Shown: positions 9,974 through 21,164 of the stretch, piece by piece
How positions within the stretch are numbered: position 1 is the first letter of the stretch
How the letters are laid out: each line of letters starts with the position of its first letter
Source: an uncultured delta proteobacterium
Lineage (GTDB): Bacteria > Myxococcota_A > Polyangia > Polyangiales > Polyangiaceae
DNA: 64,000 bases
Reading direction: 5' to 3'
NCBI GenBank assembly: GCA_963782055.1
Contig: CAWAIF010000003.1
Coordinates: 672,001-736,000, forward strand
Program-made: the position numbers and the translations under genes
The notes under the pieces: model-generated
Told to the model about the DNA's origin: nothing
Databases searched by the model: none
The model's input: the letters and a program-made list of their open reading frames with translations, nothing else

Positions 9974-11266
9974 TCACGGCCCGAGCTGCCGGATCGTGAC
10001 GCGGTCCCCATCCGCCAGCCGCTCGCTGGGATGGACGATCACCTTCTCTCCGGCGGCGAGCCCGGTGAGCACCTGCAGCTCGGTGGACCCGCGCTGGCCG
10101 ATGGTGATCTTGCGGAGGTGCGCGCGTCCGCCCGCGATCGCGAAGACCGCCCAGGCGTCTTCTCGGCGGAAGGCCGCACCCTGAGGGACGGTGAGGACCT
10201 TGGGCTGCTCCCAGACCACGATGTGCGCGTCCAGGCTGTAGCCGTCGCCCAGGGCGGCCCACCGGTCGCGGGGATCGTCGAAGTCGATGATGACGTGCAC
10301 ACGCTGCTCCTCCACGCCCAGCGCGGAGACGCGCGTGAAGGCCTGCGGCTCGACGGTGCGGACGTGGCCGGAGAGCGGCTCGCCGCCCCAGCGAACGAGC
10401 GCGACCCTGGCGCCGGGCCTGATGCGCACCGCGTCGGTGGTGAGCACGTCGCTGACAATCTCCAGCGCCGACGGGTCGCCGATCTCGAGGAGCTGGGTGC
10501 CCGGCAGCACCGCCCCGGCGTCCTCGTGGATGACCTTGAGGACGCGCCCGCCGACCGGCGCCGTGAGCAGGAGCTGCTCGGCGGAGGGGCCGCCCCGCAC
10601 GCGGGCCAGGGCGGCGCGCGCGAGGTCCAGCTCGTGGTTTGCCACCTGCGACGCGAAGCGCGCGGACACGAGGTCCTCCGCGCGCACCCGCTCCTCGAGC
10701 TCCTGCGTCTCCAGCACCTGCGCGCTGATGGCCCCCTTGGCGACGAGGGTGCGGTCGTCCTCCAGCTCCTTCTTGGCGTGCGCGGCGGCGATCTCCGCCC
10801 GCGTGATCGCCGAGCGAGACTGCAGCGCCGCGGCGGACGCCGACGCCACGCGCGCCTCAGCCTCGGCGCGGCTGCGCGCGTCGAGGAGCGGCGCCTCCAG
10901 CGGCGCGATGCGCGCCAGCACGTCGCCCGCCTTCACCGTGTCCCCCGCGTGCAGCTCGATGCGCGCCAGGTTGCCGGCGAGCGGCGCCGACATCACGTAC
11001 CGGTCCTTCACCCGCGTCTTGGCCGTCTCGTCCACAGTGACGCGGAGCGGCCCGACGTCCGCCGTGGCCGTCTCGACGGGGATGGGCTTGGGCAGCCACG
11101 CCACCACCACGAGGGCGACGAGCAGGGTCGCGGCGGCGGCCGCCAGGACACGGCGGAGCCAGCGACGTCGCGTCTTCTTCTTCACCGGGCGCGTGAGCTC
11201 GGCGATCGTCCGCCGGGGCGCCGTCGTGGTCTCTCCGCGCGTTGCGTCTTGCGCCATCGAATTCAC
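9974..11266 (-). CDS. HlyD/MFP periplasmic adaptor of ABC exporter
   Basis: N-terminal TM; SAPLAG..GDTVKAGD hairpin; FTRVSALGVEEQRV motif. Confidence 0.88.
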   Translation of the reverse strand: MNSMAQDATRGETTTAPRRTIAELTRPVKKKTRRRWLRRVLAAAAATLLVALVVVAWLPKPIPVETATADVGPLRVTVDETAKTRVKDRYVMSAPLAGNLARIELHAGDTVKAGDVLARIAPLEAPLLDARSRAEAEARVASASAAALQSRSAITRAEIAAAHAKKELEDDRTLVAKGAISAQVLETQELEERVRAEDLVSARFASQVANHELDLARAALARVRGGPSAEQLLLTAPVGGRVLKVIHEDAGAVLPGTQLLEIGDPSALEIVSDVLTTDAVRIRPGARVALVRWGGEPLSGHVRTVEPQAFTRVSALGVEEQRVHVIIDFDDPRDRWAALGDGYSLDAHIVVWEQPKVLTVPQGAAFRREDAWAVFAIAGGRAHLRKITIGQRGSTELQVLTGLAAGEKVIVHPSERLADGDRVTIRQLGP

Positions 11267-13625
11267 TCCCTGCTCTTGAGCACGCCGATGAGATCGAGGT
11301 GGTCCAGCTTGCGCCGTACAAGCAGCGCGCTGAGGACGGCGGCCAGCACGGTCACGCCCACGGCGAAGGCGTACGAGCGGCTGGAGACAACCGCGGGGAG
11401 GCGGAACATCTCCGGCTCCACCATGTTGGTGATGGCGTGACAGAGCGCGTCACCGAAGATCATGCCGGGGGCGATGGCCAGCAGCACGTAGATGGCGAGC
11501 TCGCCCAGCAGCACGCGGGAGATCTCGGCGCGGGTGAAGCCGAGCACGCGCAGGCTGGCGAGGTCGCGCTCGCGCATGGAGAGCGCCACGCGCGCGTCGT
11601 TGTAGACGACGCCCACCGCGATCGTCGCCGCGAAGAGCGTCAGGATGAGCGTCGTCGTGAGCAGGTTCTCCGCGCTCTGCTCGTTGAAGCGGGCGATGAT
11701 GTCCTGGCGGCGCGTCACGCTGGCGACCTGGGGCATGTCCTCCAGACGCTTCTCGATGCCGTCGATGGCGTCCGGCTCGGCGGTGAGGGAGACGGCGGAG
11801 ATGGCGTCGCTCTCGCCGAGCAGGCGCCGCGCGGCGTCGAGCCGCATGTGAAGCTGCATGCCGAACATCTCGCGGGTGAGGCCCACGACGGGGACGGTGA
11901 CCTTGCGGTGGTCGCCCTCCAGCACGTCCACCTCGACCACGTCCCCCGGCCGGACGCCGAGCACCTCGGCGAGCTTGGCGGTGAGCAACACCCCGCTCTG
12001 GGGCATGGTCACCAGGCGCGGTGGCCACTCCACCACCCTCCGCAGCGTGGCCCCCCGAGGGTGGCCGACGAGCGGGACGTCGCGGTAGCGCGGGCCTGCG
12101 CGCACGCGGACCGGGACGGCGAGCTCCGCCTCCGTCGAGGTGACACCGGGCAGGTGGGCGATCTCACGGCGCGCCTCGCCCGAGACGGGGCGGAGGAAGG
12201 TCACGGTGAGGTCGTCGCGCTGCGCCGTCTCGAACTCGGTCCCGACCATCACGTCCAGCGCGTCGTAGGTGAATCGCGCGGCGACGAGCATGCCGATGGC
12301 CATCGCGATGCCCAGCGCGGAGAGCGCCGCGCGCCACGGCCGCCGCCCGATCTCCCGCAGCACCATGCGGCCACCGGGGTCGAGCAGGCGGCCGAGCCCC
12401 ACGCGCTCGAGGATCGACGGGCGGTAGGTGGGTGGAGCCTCCGGGCGCATGGCCTCCGCCGGCGGGAGCGTCGCGATGCGGCGCACCGCGCCGATCGCGC
12501 CGAGCATCGCCGCGCCGACGCTCACCAGCATCGCCACCAGGACCACGCCCCACTCCAGGTGGTAGTGCAGGTCCGGGAAGCGGAAGTACGGGCGGTAGAG
12601 GCGGAGCATCCGCTCGCCGAGGTAGACGCCCACGCCGACGCCCAGCGCGCCCCCCATCGCGGCGATCACCCCGACGAGCTCCACGTAGAAGAGGGCGATG
12701 CGGCCGTCGGAGTACCCGAGCGCCTTGAGCGCGGCGATCTGCGTGCGCTGCAGGTGCACGAGCCGGGCGAGCACCACGTTGAGCAGGAACGCCGCCACGG
12801 CGAGGAAGACGGCGGGGACGAAGGTGGCCATGGAGGAGAGCTGCTGCAGCTCGCCGTGGAGGATCAGGTTGGAGACCTGTCGCTCGCGCAGGTACGCACC
12901 CTCGCTCCCGTACGGCTCCAGCACGCGGTCGACGCCGGCGAGCACGCCGCGCTCGCTCGCGCCCGGCGCGAGGCGGATGAGCACGTCGTCGAAGGCGCCG
13001 TCCATCTGGAACGCCGGTGCCAGCGCGGAGCGGTCCATCCAGATCACCGCGAAGCGCGCGTTGTCGGAGATGCCGCCGGAGGCGGGGCCGAGCGCGTAGA
13101 CGTACTCGGGGGAGAGCGCGATGCCCACGACGCGTGGGTGGCGCAGCACGCCGTTGATCACGACGGGCAGGTGGTCGCCCGGCTTGATGTGGTGCGCCTC
13201 GGCGAAGGACTGTAGCAGGAGCACCTCGTCGGCGCGCCCCGGCTCCACCATCCGGCCCTGCTCGAGGTAGGGCTTGTTCAGCGCGGGGTCGCCGCCGCTG
13301 GGCAGGCTGACGATCTGCCCGACGGCCGGCTCCGACATGTCCTCCATCGGGAGCATCACCGTCTCGACCTCGCGCGTCTCCACCACGGCGACGCCGGGGA
13401 GGCGCTCCAGGTCCTGCTTCACCGCATCCGGAGCGCGCTTGCAGTGCGCGAAGACGTCGGCGAAGCGGTTGCGCTCGTAGTAGCGGTCCATGTCGTCGCC
13501 GAGCGACCGGTACACCGAGAAGAGGGAGACGAAGCTGGCGATGCCGCACGCCACCACCAGCGCGATGGTGATCGCCTGACCCCGGAGCTGCAGGAGGTCG
13601 CGAAGGAGCTTGCGGTCGAGGGCTC

Positions 13626-13629
<4 letters not shown>
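11263..13629 (-). CDS. ABC transporter permease (FtsX/MacB-like, duplicated)
   Basis: [12 protein letters not shown] start; [10 protein letters not shown] and [12 protein letters not shown] motifs; 788 aa. Confidence 0.9.
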
Positions 13630-14333
<704 letters not shown>

Positions 14334-14345
14334 GGCGGCGTGCTG

Positions 14346-14361
14346 AGCAACGCGCGTGCCG
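14346..14361 (-). promoter_or_regulatory. Sigma-54 (-24/-12) promoter of the ABC exporter operon
   Basis: Minus strand reads CGGCACGCGCGTTGCT (GG-N10-GC). Confidence 0.68.
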
Positions 14362-14439
14362 CGCCGCACAGCGACGGGCTTGCGGGATCCCCGCGACGGC
14401 GACGAATGGCCTGCGTTCCAGCGCAGGGATTGCGCCGGT

Positions 14440-16410
14440 CTACCCCAGGCGGCTGTCGATCCCCTCGGCGGCGCGCAGCGCCATCGCCATGATCGTGACC
14501 TGCGGGTTCACCCCCAGCGGCGTGGGCACCGCGCTGCCATCCACCACGTACAGGCGCTCCGTCTCGTGGGTCTCGTGATCCGGGCCGATCACGCTCGTCT
14601 CCGGATCGCTGCCCATGCGGCACGTGCCGAGCGGGTGGTACGCGCTCACCTCGATGTCGCCGGCGACGACGCGCTTCTTCTTCAGCGCCTCCAGGTCCGC
14701 GTGGGTGTGCACCTCCTCCGCCCCCGGCAGCATCGGGAGTACGCGCTTGGCGCCGGCGGCGAGGAAGATCTCGCAGAGGATGGCGATGCCGCGCTGCATG
14801 CGCTTGGTGTCGTGCGCGTTGAGGTCGTAGGTGATGAGCGGAGAGCCGCGGGGGCCCACGCGCACCTGCCCGCGGGAGGTGTCGGCGATCATGAAGCCGA
14901 AGGTGGCGAGGTGGCGGTAGCGCTCCATCACCTCCATGAAGCGCGTGCCGACCCAGGGCACCGCAAGGGCGGTGACGTCGAGCGGGGTGGAGCCGCCCTC
15001 GAACATCATGCCCTCGTCCTGGTAGTGGTCGACGGAGTAGCCCTGCGGGATGGCGCTCGCCATGTCGATGGCCTCGTCGAAGAGGGCCATGACCTTGCTC
15101 GCCGGGTGGATGGTGAGGTTCCGTCCCAGCGCGCGGCTGTTGCGGCACACCCCCGCCTTCTTCAGGATCACCGGCGTCATGAGGGCGCCGCCGGCGATGA
15201 CCACCGCGTCCGCCTTGACCTTGAAGCGGCGGCCGGAGCCGAGCACCCCACCCACGCCGCGCGCGCGGCCGGCGACGACGTCGATGGAGTCGACGCGCGC
15301 CGCGGTGACGAGCTGCGCGCCACGCTCCAGCGCGCCCGGGACGTAGCTCACGTCGGTGGAGCGCTTGGCGCCGGTGGGGCAGCCGAAGCAGCAGACGCCG
15401 CGCCCGTCGCACCCGGGGGCGTTGCGGTGAAGGACGCCGTGGGCGAGGCCGAGCTTGCCCGCGCCCCGCGCGATGACGCGCCCCACGCCGCCGGTGAGCT
15501 CGAAATCCGCCGGCTCCACCTGGAGCATCGCTTCCACCCGCTCGAAGTAGGGCTTCATGCGCGCGGGAGTGATGGGGAGGCCCAGGTCGTGATGCCAGCG
15601 GCGGATGACGCGGTCCGGCGCGCGGTAGCAGGTGCCGGAGTTGATGACGGTGCTGCCGCCGACGGCGCGCCCCGCCCACACCGGCGCGCGCACGTTGCCG
15701 AGGGCGATGGTGAGGCCCTGATCGCGGTAGAGCTTCTTGCTCATGATCGCCGCGCGCGCGTTGAAGGTGTCGCGGCGGTGGTAGTCGCCCTCCTCCAGCA
15801 GCAGCACCGCGCGGCCGCGGCGGGCGAGCTCGTAGGCGCACGCCGCGCCCCCCGCGCCGGTGCCGACGACGACCACCTCGCACTCCAGCGTCAGCTCCTC
15901 GTCCACCTCGCGGCCGTCGGTGACCTGGCGCATCCAGCGGTCGGCCTCGGCGAGGCGCACCTTCTCCCCCTCGCCGCCGTAGGGGCAGCCGACGTGCTCG
16001 AACATGGTCGGGTCGTCGAAGTGCGCCGCCTTGATGGGCGTCATCACCGCGCGCAGGTGCGCCCGGCGGATCGGCATGCGCGAGGCGGACCAGCCCTCCA
16101 GGAAGTGCGCCGCCCGCTCCTCGGAGAGCCGCGAGAGCGGGCGGCCGGTGCTCGCCACCGCGGCGAGCTCCGCCGACCACAGCATCCCGCGCATCACCCT
16201 CCAGCGGTCGGGGGTGGCGTCGCCCATCCACTCGTAGAGGCGCGCGAGGGTGGCGGGGCCGCCGCCGGGGAGCACCTTGCCCCGGGGCATCGCCGCCTTC
16301 GCCAGCGCCAGGACGATCTGCTCCTCGCGGGGCGAGAAGCCGCGCCCCGCGCGCGTGCCCGCTCCGGGCCCCGGTTCCTCGCTCACCTGCACGCTCGCGC
16401 TCGCGACCAT
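14440..16410 (-). CDS. GMC family FAD oxidoreductase with N-terminal helical extension
   Basis: [12 protein letters not shown] motif, [39 protein letters not shown]. Confidence 0.9.
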   Translation of the reverse strand: MVASASVQVSEEPGPGAGTRAGRGFSPREEQIVLALAKAAMPRGKVLPGGGPATLARLYEWMGDATPDRWRVMRGMLWSAELAAVASTGRPLSRLSEERAAHFLEGWSASRMPIRRAHLRAVMTPIKAAHFDDPTMFEHVGCPYGGEGEKVRLAEADRWMRQVTDGREVDEELTLECEVVVVGTGAGGAACAYELARRGRAVLLLEEGDYHRRDTFNARAAIMSKKLYRDQGLTIALGNVRAPVWAGRAVGGSTVINSGTCYRAPDRVIRRWHHDLGLPITPARMKPYFERVEAMLQVEPADFELTGGVGRVIARGAGKLGLAHGVLHRNAPGCDGRGVCCFGCPTGAKRSTDVSYVPGALERGAQLVTAARVDSIDVVAGRARGVGGVLGSGRRFKVKADAVVIAGGALMTPVILKKAGVCRNSRALGRNLTIHPASKVMALFDEAIDMASAIPQGYSVDHYQDEGMMFEGGSTPLDVTALAVPWVGTRFMEVMERYRHLATFGFMIADTSRGQVRVGPRGSPLITYDLNAHDTKRMQRGIAILCEIFLAAGAKRVLPMLPGAEEVHTHADLEALKKKRVVAGDIEVSAYHPLGTCRMGSDPETSVIGPDHETHETERLYVVDGSAVPTPLGVNPQVTIMAMALRAAEGIDSRLG

Positions 16411-16437
16411 GAGTATTCTGTAGATGCAGAATGCTCA
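16410..16437. promoter_or_regulatory. Palindromic operator abutting the GMC start codon
   Basis: TGAGTATTCTG-tagatg-CAGAATGCTCA; 11-bp arms with 1 mismatch; AT-rich in a GC-rich background. Confidence 0.65.
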
Positions 16438-16462
16438 GGAAGCAAGCCCGACCGCAACGTCC

Positions 16463-17197
16463 TCACCCCTCGTCCAGCTTCGCCTGGATCGCGTCGTGCA
16501 CCTGGGATCGCACGCGCTCCACGTCCGCCTCCGACTGCCAGTCACCGCGCGTCGACACCGGCGGCAAGGCGTGCATCGTCACCGGCACGGGGCGCGGGAC
16601 CGGTGTCCCCCACCGGCCCAGCGCGATGGGGAAGTTGTAGCGCGCGTCGCCGAAGATCACGCGGCCGATGCCCGGTTCGTGCGCGACGACCCGGTACATG
16701 TCGTCGACGCCCGTCGCCGCCACCGGGACGATGGGCACGCCGGCGCGCATCGCCACGCGCGCGAAGCCGGCGCGACCGCGCCACTGCAGCTTGTTCCGCT
16801 CGCGCCAGAGCTTGTACGAGTCGAAGATGCCGCCGGGGTAGACGACGACCAGCTCGCCGCTTCGCAGCGAGCCGACCGCCGCGTCCGGCGTGCCGGGGAC
16901 CGCGCCCACGTAGTCGAGCACGCGGCCGAAGCCGGGCGCCTTCCAGAGGTTGCGGTCGGCCAGCCACGTCGGCAGCCGTCGCAGATCGCGCGCGAGCAGC
17001 GCGCCGAGCACGAAGGAGTCCAGGCCGAAGATGCCGTGGTTGATGACGAGCAGCACGCCGCCGCCCGGCACGTTCTGGTGGCCGACGAGGCGCGCGTCGA
17101 AGTAGCCGACGAGCGCCTGGATGAGCAGGCGCCCGTGGCGAGTCTCCGGCAGCTTGTCGACCGCGCGCGGCATGGAGGCCCCATCGTAGCGGCTCAC
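16463..17197 (-). CDS. Lysophospholipid/DAG acyltransferase (PlsC/DAGAT family)
   Basis: NHGIFGLD (HxxxxD-like), YPGG, GFARVAMRAGVPIVPV; GTG overlaps the upstream stop (alternative start ATG 17173). Confidence 0.85.
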   Translation of the reverse strand: MSRYDGASMPRAVDKLPETRHGRLLIQALVGYFDARLVGHQNVPGGGVLLVINHGIFGLDSFVLGALLARDLRRLPTWLADRNLWKAPGFGRVLDYVGAVPGTPDAAVGSLRSGELVVVYPGGIFDSYKLWRERNKLQWRGRAGFARVAMRAGVPIVPVAATGVDDMYRVVAHEPGIGRVIFGDARYNFPIALGRWGTPVPRPVPVTMHALPPVSTRGDWQSEADVERVRSQVHDAIQAKLDEG

Positions 17198-18072
17198 GCC
17201 GTCGCGCGCAGGAACTCCTCGGCGCGCGCGAAGGCGGAGCGCGCGGCTGTCGTCGTGACGAGGGCGGCGTGTCCCGGGGCCGGATCGCCGCCATCCCCCG
17301 CCGCGACGCGGTCGAACGCCCGCGGTCCCGCGCAGAAGCGCAGCATCGCCTCGACCGATCGCGGCCTGGCGTTCAGACGGTCCCCGCGGCTGGCGATGGC
17401 GTAGACCGGCACCGTGACCCGCGCGAGCGCCGCGAGGTAGTCGTCCTTGCCGTCGCGGCTGCGCCACGCCCCCTCCCGCGCGAAGCGGACGAGGTCGGCG
17501 ACGTAGTCCTCCGCCTCGTCGTCGCTCCCCTGCCGCAGCGCGCGCGCCGGGAAGTAGCCCCGCCGCCGCGTCGTCTCCTCGAAGGCGCGCAGCGTCGCCA
17601 TCTTGAGCGCCCACACCAGCGCCGAGCGCTCCAGCTCGCGCAGCCACACGTTGGCGGCGACGCCCACGAGCGCGTCGGCGTGCATGCGCCCGGTGCCCTG
17701 CGCGGCGAGGGCGACGTGGCCCCCCAGCGAGTGGCCGAGCACCGCGACGGGGGCGCGTCCGGACCGCGCGCGCGCGCTCGCGACGACCGCCGGAAGATCC
17801 AGGCGCACCAGGTCGTCGTAGGACCACCGCGCGCCCTCGGCGGCCTTCCCCGGTCCGCTCTCGCCGTGGCCGCGGAAGTCGAAGGTGACGACCCGCCACC
17901 CGCGCAGGGCGAAGAGGTCCGCCACGCCCTCGCCCGCCGGCCGGAAGAAGGCGCCCTGCCGCGCGAACATGGCGTGCGCCATCACCACCGTCCCGCGCGC
18001 CTTTCCCTCCGGCGCGAGCAGCCGCCCGCGCAGCGCCACGCCGTCCTCCGTACGGATCTCCAGCTCCTCCAC
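17194..18072 (-). CDS. Alpha/beta fold hydrolase
   Basis: DFRGHGES and GHSLGG nucleophile elbow; start uncertain (18072 or 18114). Confidence 0.85.
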   Translation of the reverse strand: MEELEIRTEDGVALRGRLLAPEGKARGTVVMAHAMFARQGAFFRPAGEGVADLFALRGWRVVTFDFRGHGESGPGKAAEGARWSYDDLVRLDLPAVVASARARSGRAPVAVLGHSLGGHVALAAQGTGRMHADALVGVAANVWLRELERSALVWALKMATLRAFEETTRRRGYFPARALRQGSDDEAEDYVADLVRFAREGAWRSRDGKDDYLAALARVTVPVYAIASRGDRLNARPRSVEAMLRFCAGPRAFDRVAAGDGGDPAPGHAALVTTTAARSAFARAEEFLRATA

Positions 18073-18110
18073 CGCGCCGCCGCTTCCTCTCACCTCTCCC
18101 GCGAGGGACT

Positions 18111-19148
18111 TCAATCCAGCCCCAGCACCCACACGTCGTCTCCCACCGACACGCCGAGCTGCTCGGCGGCGTCGGCGGCGAGCGCGCCCTCGCCGTCCTT
18201 CTCCCGCGTGAAATAGGTGTATGCTGCACGGAAATACGGCGGGCCGGCGACGTCGACGCCGACGAGCGAGTGCTTGGCGCGCGTGGGCGCGGCCGTGGCG
18301 AGCCTGGTCACCCGGGAGCGCGTGGTCTGCCGCACCAGCGACACCTCGTCGGTCGGCGCGGTGAAGTGCGGGCCGCCGTCGAAGGGGTCGACTCGCTCGG
18401 CGTAGCGGAAGCCGATGCGCTTGAGCATCTTCTCGACGCCGCGCGTCTGCGGGCCGACCTTGCCGATGACCTCCTGCGCCTGCTGCGGCAAGAGCGACGC
18501 GTAGATGGTCCCCTCAGGGAAGAGGCCGCGGATGAACTCCTTGTTCTTCTTGGAGAGCAGGTCCGCCTCCGCGTAGGTCATCCCGGTGAAGTGGCGGCCG
18601 AGGGCGTTCCACAGGTGGCTCGTCCCGTCCGGCTCGAGCGGGGGAAGGAGCTCGGCGAGCAGCTCGTCGCGGAAGAGCTCGCGGTGCATCTTGATGTAGA
18701 GAAAGCGCACGTAGGAGATCATCAGGCCCAGGCGCTCCGGCGCGAGCCGGTAGTCCGGGAGCAGGATGAGCCCGCCGATCTCCGTCGGCCCGTTGTACGA
18801 GTAGCCGATCTTGAGGGTCGTGTGCTTGAAGTGCGTGTCCAGCGTCTGCGAGTAACGCTCCTCGTCGATGACGTCGAGGTAGATGTACGGCGCGTCGCGG
18901 CGGCCGAGCTGCGCCACGATCATCGAGGTGCCGATGAGCTTCTTCTTCTCCGCGTCGACGAGGACGAAGACGTACTGCCGGCGCTTCGGGTCCTTGATGT
19001 GCCCGGTGAAGCTGTTCTGTGCGTACTCGACGATGGCGTGGATCTCCTCGCGATCGTCCGGCAGGTTCACCGTGTTGAGGAAGTGCGCGACGGCGTGAAG
19101 CTGGTCCTCGTCGGAGGGCACCACACCGCGGATCTCGTACGGGGGCAT
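18111..19148 (-). CDS. astA: Arginine N-succinyltransferase
   Basis: GPTEIGGLIL..YR, LLAEL, FW/LW..LGRHF, VIGKVGPQT, VDPFDGGP motifs of the AstA family. Confidence 0.85.
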   Translation of the reverse strand: MPPYEIRGVVPSDEDQLHAVAHFLNTVNLPDDREEIHAIVEYAQNSFTGHIKDPKRRQYVFVLVDAEKKKLIGTSMIVAQLGRRDAPYIYLDVIDEERYSQTLDTHFKHTTLKIGYSYNGPTEIGGLILLPDYRLAPERLGLMISYVRFLYIKMHRELFRDELLAELLPPLEPDGTSHLWNALGRHFTGMTYAEADLLSKKNKEFIRGLFPEGTIYASLLPQQAQEVIGKVGPQTRGVEKMLKRIGFRYAERVDPFDGGPHFTAPTDEVSLVRQTTRSRVTRLATAAPTRAKHSLVGVDVAGPPYFRAAYTYFTREKDGEGALAADAAEQLGVSVGDDVWVLGLD

Positions 19149-19232
19149 GCCCGGCCCGTCTTACCACAGGCCTCCTTCCCCCGGAGCCCCCAGCCCGTCC
19201 CCAGCGCGGTCCCGACGTGACGCGGCGCGACG

Positions 19233-19565
19233 AACGTCGCGATCCGTGTCTTGCCCATCTACGACATCACGCCGCGCATCGCCGGGCGCCGACGTGAGCC
19301 TGGTGCTGCCGCCCGGTCACACCGAGCACACCTTCGACCCCACGCCCAGGGACGTGGAGGAGATCTCCGCCGCCAACGTGGGCGTGATGATCGGGCTGCG
19401 GCTCGACCCCTGGATGGAGAAGCTGCTGAAGGACGCCGCGCCGACGGCGGCGACCATCAAGGTGGGGGAGCTGGTGCCGACGATGACGGTCACGCAGGAC
19501 GCCGTCGGCGGCGAGGCCGCGCACCGCACCCTGCCGGAGGACGATCACGATCACGACAAGGGCGC
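19233..19565 (+). pseudogene. Degraded ZnuA-like metal ABC transporter substrate-binding protein remnant
   Basis: VAIRVLPIYDITPRIAG in one frame, then ADVSLVLPPGHTEHTFDPTP..GLRLDPW..DDHDHD in another; no signal peptide, no DPH.WL, no C-terminal domain. Confidence 0.7.
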
Positions 19566-19875
19566 TGCGACCACCAGCGCGCCGCCGAGGTGGACGCGTC
19601 GCTCGATCGCCGCCATCCTGGTGACCCACAACCTGTGGAACGAGCTGGCGCGCGAGCGCGAGCTGGCGGCGATCCAGGCGGGGGACCGCCCCGACGCGAT
19701 GATCATGGCCGGCGACTGAGGTCCAGCGCCCCACCAAGGGCGCGGGGCGTCATCCGAGGGGGCGGCGGAGCCAGGGGGCGGTTCGCGGGCCACGCGCCGA
19801 GCGTCCCATTGCAAGGGTTGCAGCAATGCGACGAGCCGCTCTCACCCGGGAAAAGAGGGGGGAGCGGCGTACAAT

Positions 19876-19933
19876 TTACTGAAAAATTAGTTTGTCTTGA
19901 CGCCGGCCGATCTCCTGACTAAATAAAAAGTCA
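19876..19933 (+). promoter_or_regulatory. AT-rich promoter with paired TetR-type operators
   Basis: TGACT-N8-AGTCA at 19916-19933; degenerate TTACT-N8-AGTTT at 19876-19893; TTGACG at 19897-19902; AGGAGG SD before ATG 19949. Confidence 0.65.
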
Positions 19934-19948
19934 ATTAGGAGGGTCCGC

Positions 19949-21130
19949 ATGTCCCTGCGCCGCCGCATCTTCTCCGCGATCGAGGATCTCCAGCCTTCCC
20001 TCCCGTCCGTGGTGCGGCCCGCCGTGCGCGCCGGGCTGCACCTGGCGGGCGAGACCGCGGCCAGGGGCGTCCCGCCAGCTCCGGAGAGCGACGTGCGCCT
20101 CGCCGGGCGCGCCGCGCCGCCCAGCTACACCGCCTACGCGCAGGAGCGCTCGCGCCCCGCGCCGGAGGGCCCGCGCGGGACCGAGACGCGCCCCGTCGCC
20201 TTCCCCATGACGTACGCGTGGGAGTACCACGCCGACCGCGTGGACCTGCGCGCGCTCTACGAGAAGTCCAAGGACCTCATGTGGAACGCCCGCACCGACC
20301 TGCCGTGGGAGACCTACGTCGACCCGGAGGGCGAGAGCGTGCCCGACACGATGAACCCCCTCTTCGGCACGCCCATCTGGGACAAGCTGGACAAGAAGCG
20401 CGACCTGCCCAGGCTCCGCCGCCACCTGGGCAGCTACATCCTGTCCAACTTCCTCCACGGCGAGCAGGGCGCGCTGCTCGCGACAGCGCAGATCGTCGAC
20501 GCCGCGCCCACCATCGACGCCAAGATGTACGCCGCCGCGCAGGTCTTCGACGAGGCGCGCCACGTCGAGGCGTACGACCGCTATCTCCGGGAGAAGGTGG
20601 AGCTGGTCTACCCGGTGAGCCCGCACCTCAAGCAGCTCCTGGACACCCTGCTGGAGGACTCGCGCTGGGACTTCAAGTATCTCGGCATGCAGATCATGGT
20701 GGAGGGAGTGGCCCTCGCCGCCTTCGGCCTGATCCACAACGCGTCGAGGGAGCCGCTCATCCGGCAGATCACCGAGAAGATCATGCAGGACGAGTCGCGC
20801 CACGTCGCCTTCGGCGTGCTCTCCCTTCGCGACACCTACCTGGAGATGCCCGCGTCGGAGCTCCGGGACCGCGAGGACTTCATCCTGGAGGCCTCGCGCT
20901 TGCTGAGGGATCGCTTCCTCGGCCAGGAGGTCTGGGGCAACGTGGGCCTGCCGGAGAAGGAGTGCCAGGAGGCGGCGGACAAGAGCGTGATGATGGGCGT
21001 CTTCCGCAAGCTGCTCTTCTCCAAGATCGTGCCGAACACCAAGCGCCTCGGCCTGCTCACGCCCTACGTGCGGCGCGGCTTCGAGGAGCTGGGCGTCATC
21101 GAGTTCGAGCACCTCGACGCGAGCGCATGA
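19949..21130 (+). CDS. Ferritin-like di-iron carboxylate protein (AurF/R2-like)
   Basis: HGEQGAL, DEARH, VEG.A, DESRH (E..ExxH twice). Confidence 0.85.
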   Translation: MSLRRRIFSAIEDLQPSLPSVVRPAVRAGLHLAGETAARGVPPAPESDVRLAGRAAPPSYTAYAQERSRPAPEGPRGTETRPVAFPMTYAWEYHADRVDLRALYEKSKDLMWNARTDLPWETYVDPEGESVPDTMNPLFGTPIWDKLDKKRDLPRLRRHLGSYILSNFLHGEQGALLATAQIVDAAPTIDAKMYAAAQVFDEARHVEAYDRYLREKVELVYPVSPHLKQLLDTLLEDSRWDFKYLGMQIMVEGVALAAFGLIHNASREPLIRQITEKIMQDESRHVAFGVLSLRDTYLEMPASELRDREDFILEASRLLRDRFLGQEVWGNVGLPEKECQEAADKSVMMGVFRKLLFSKIVPNTKRLGLLTPYVRRGFEELGVIEFEHLDASA

Positions 21131-21164
21131 CGCGCGCGCGCGGGCGCACTATGCTCGCGGCGCG

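Noticed and set aside
19864..19882. FabR-like half site GCGTACA
   Set aside because: Only one half-site matches; the ACT-N8-AGT palindromes explain the region better
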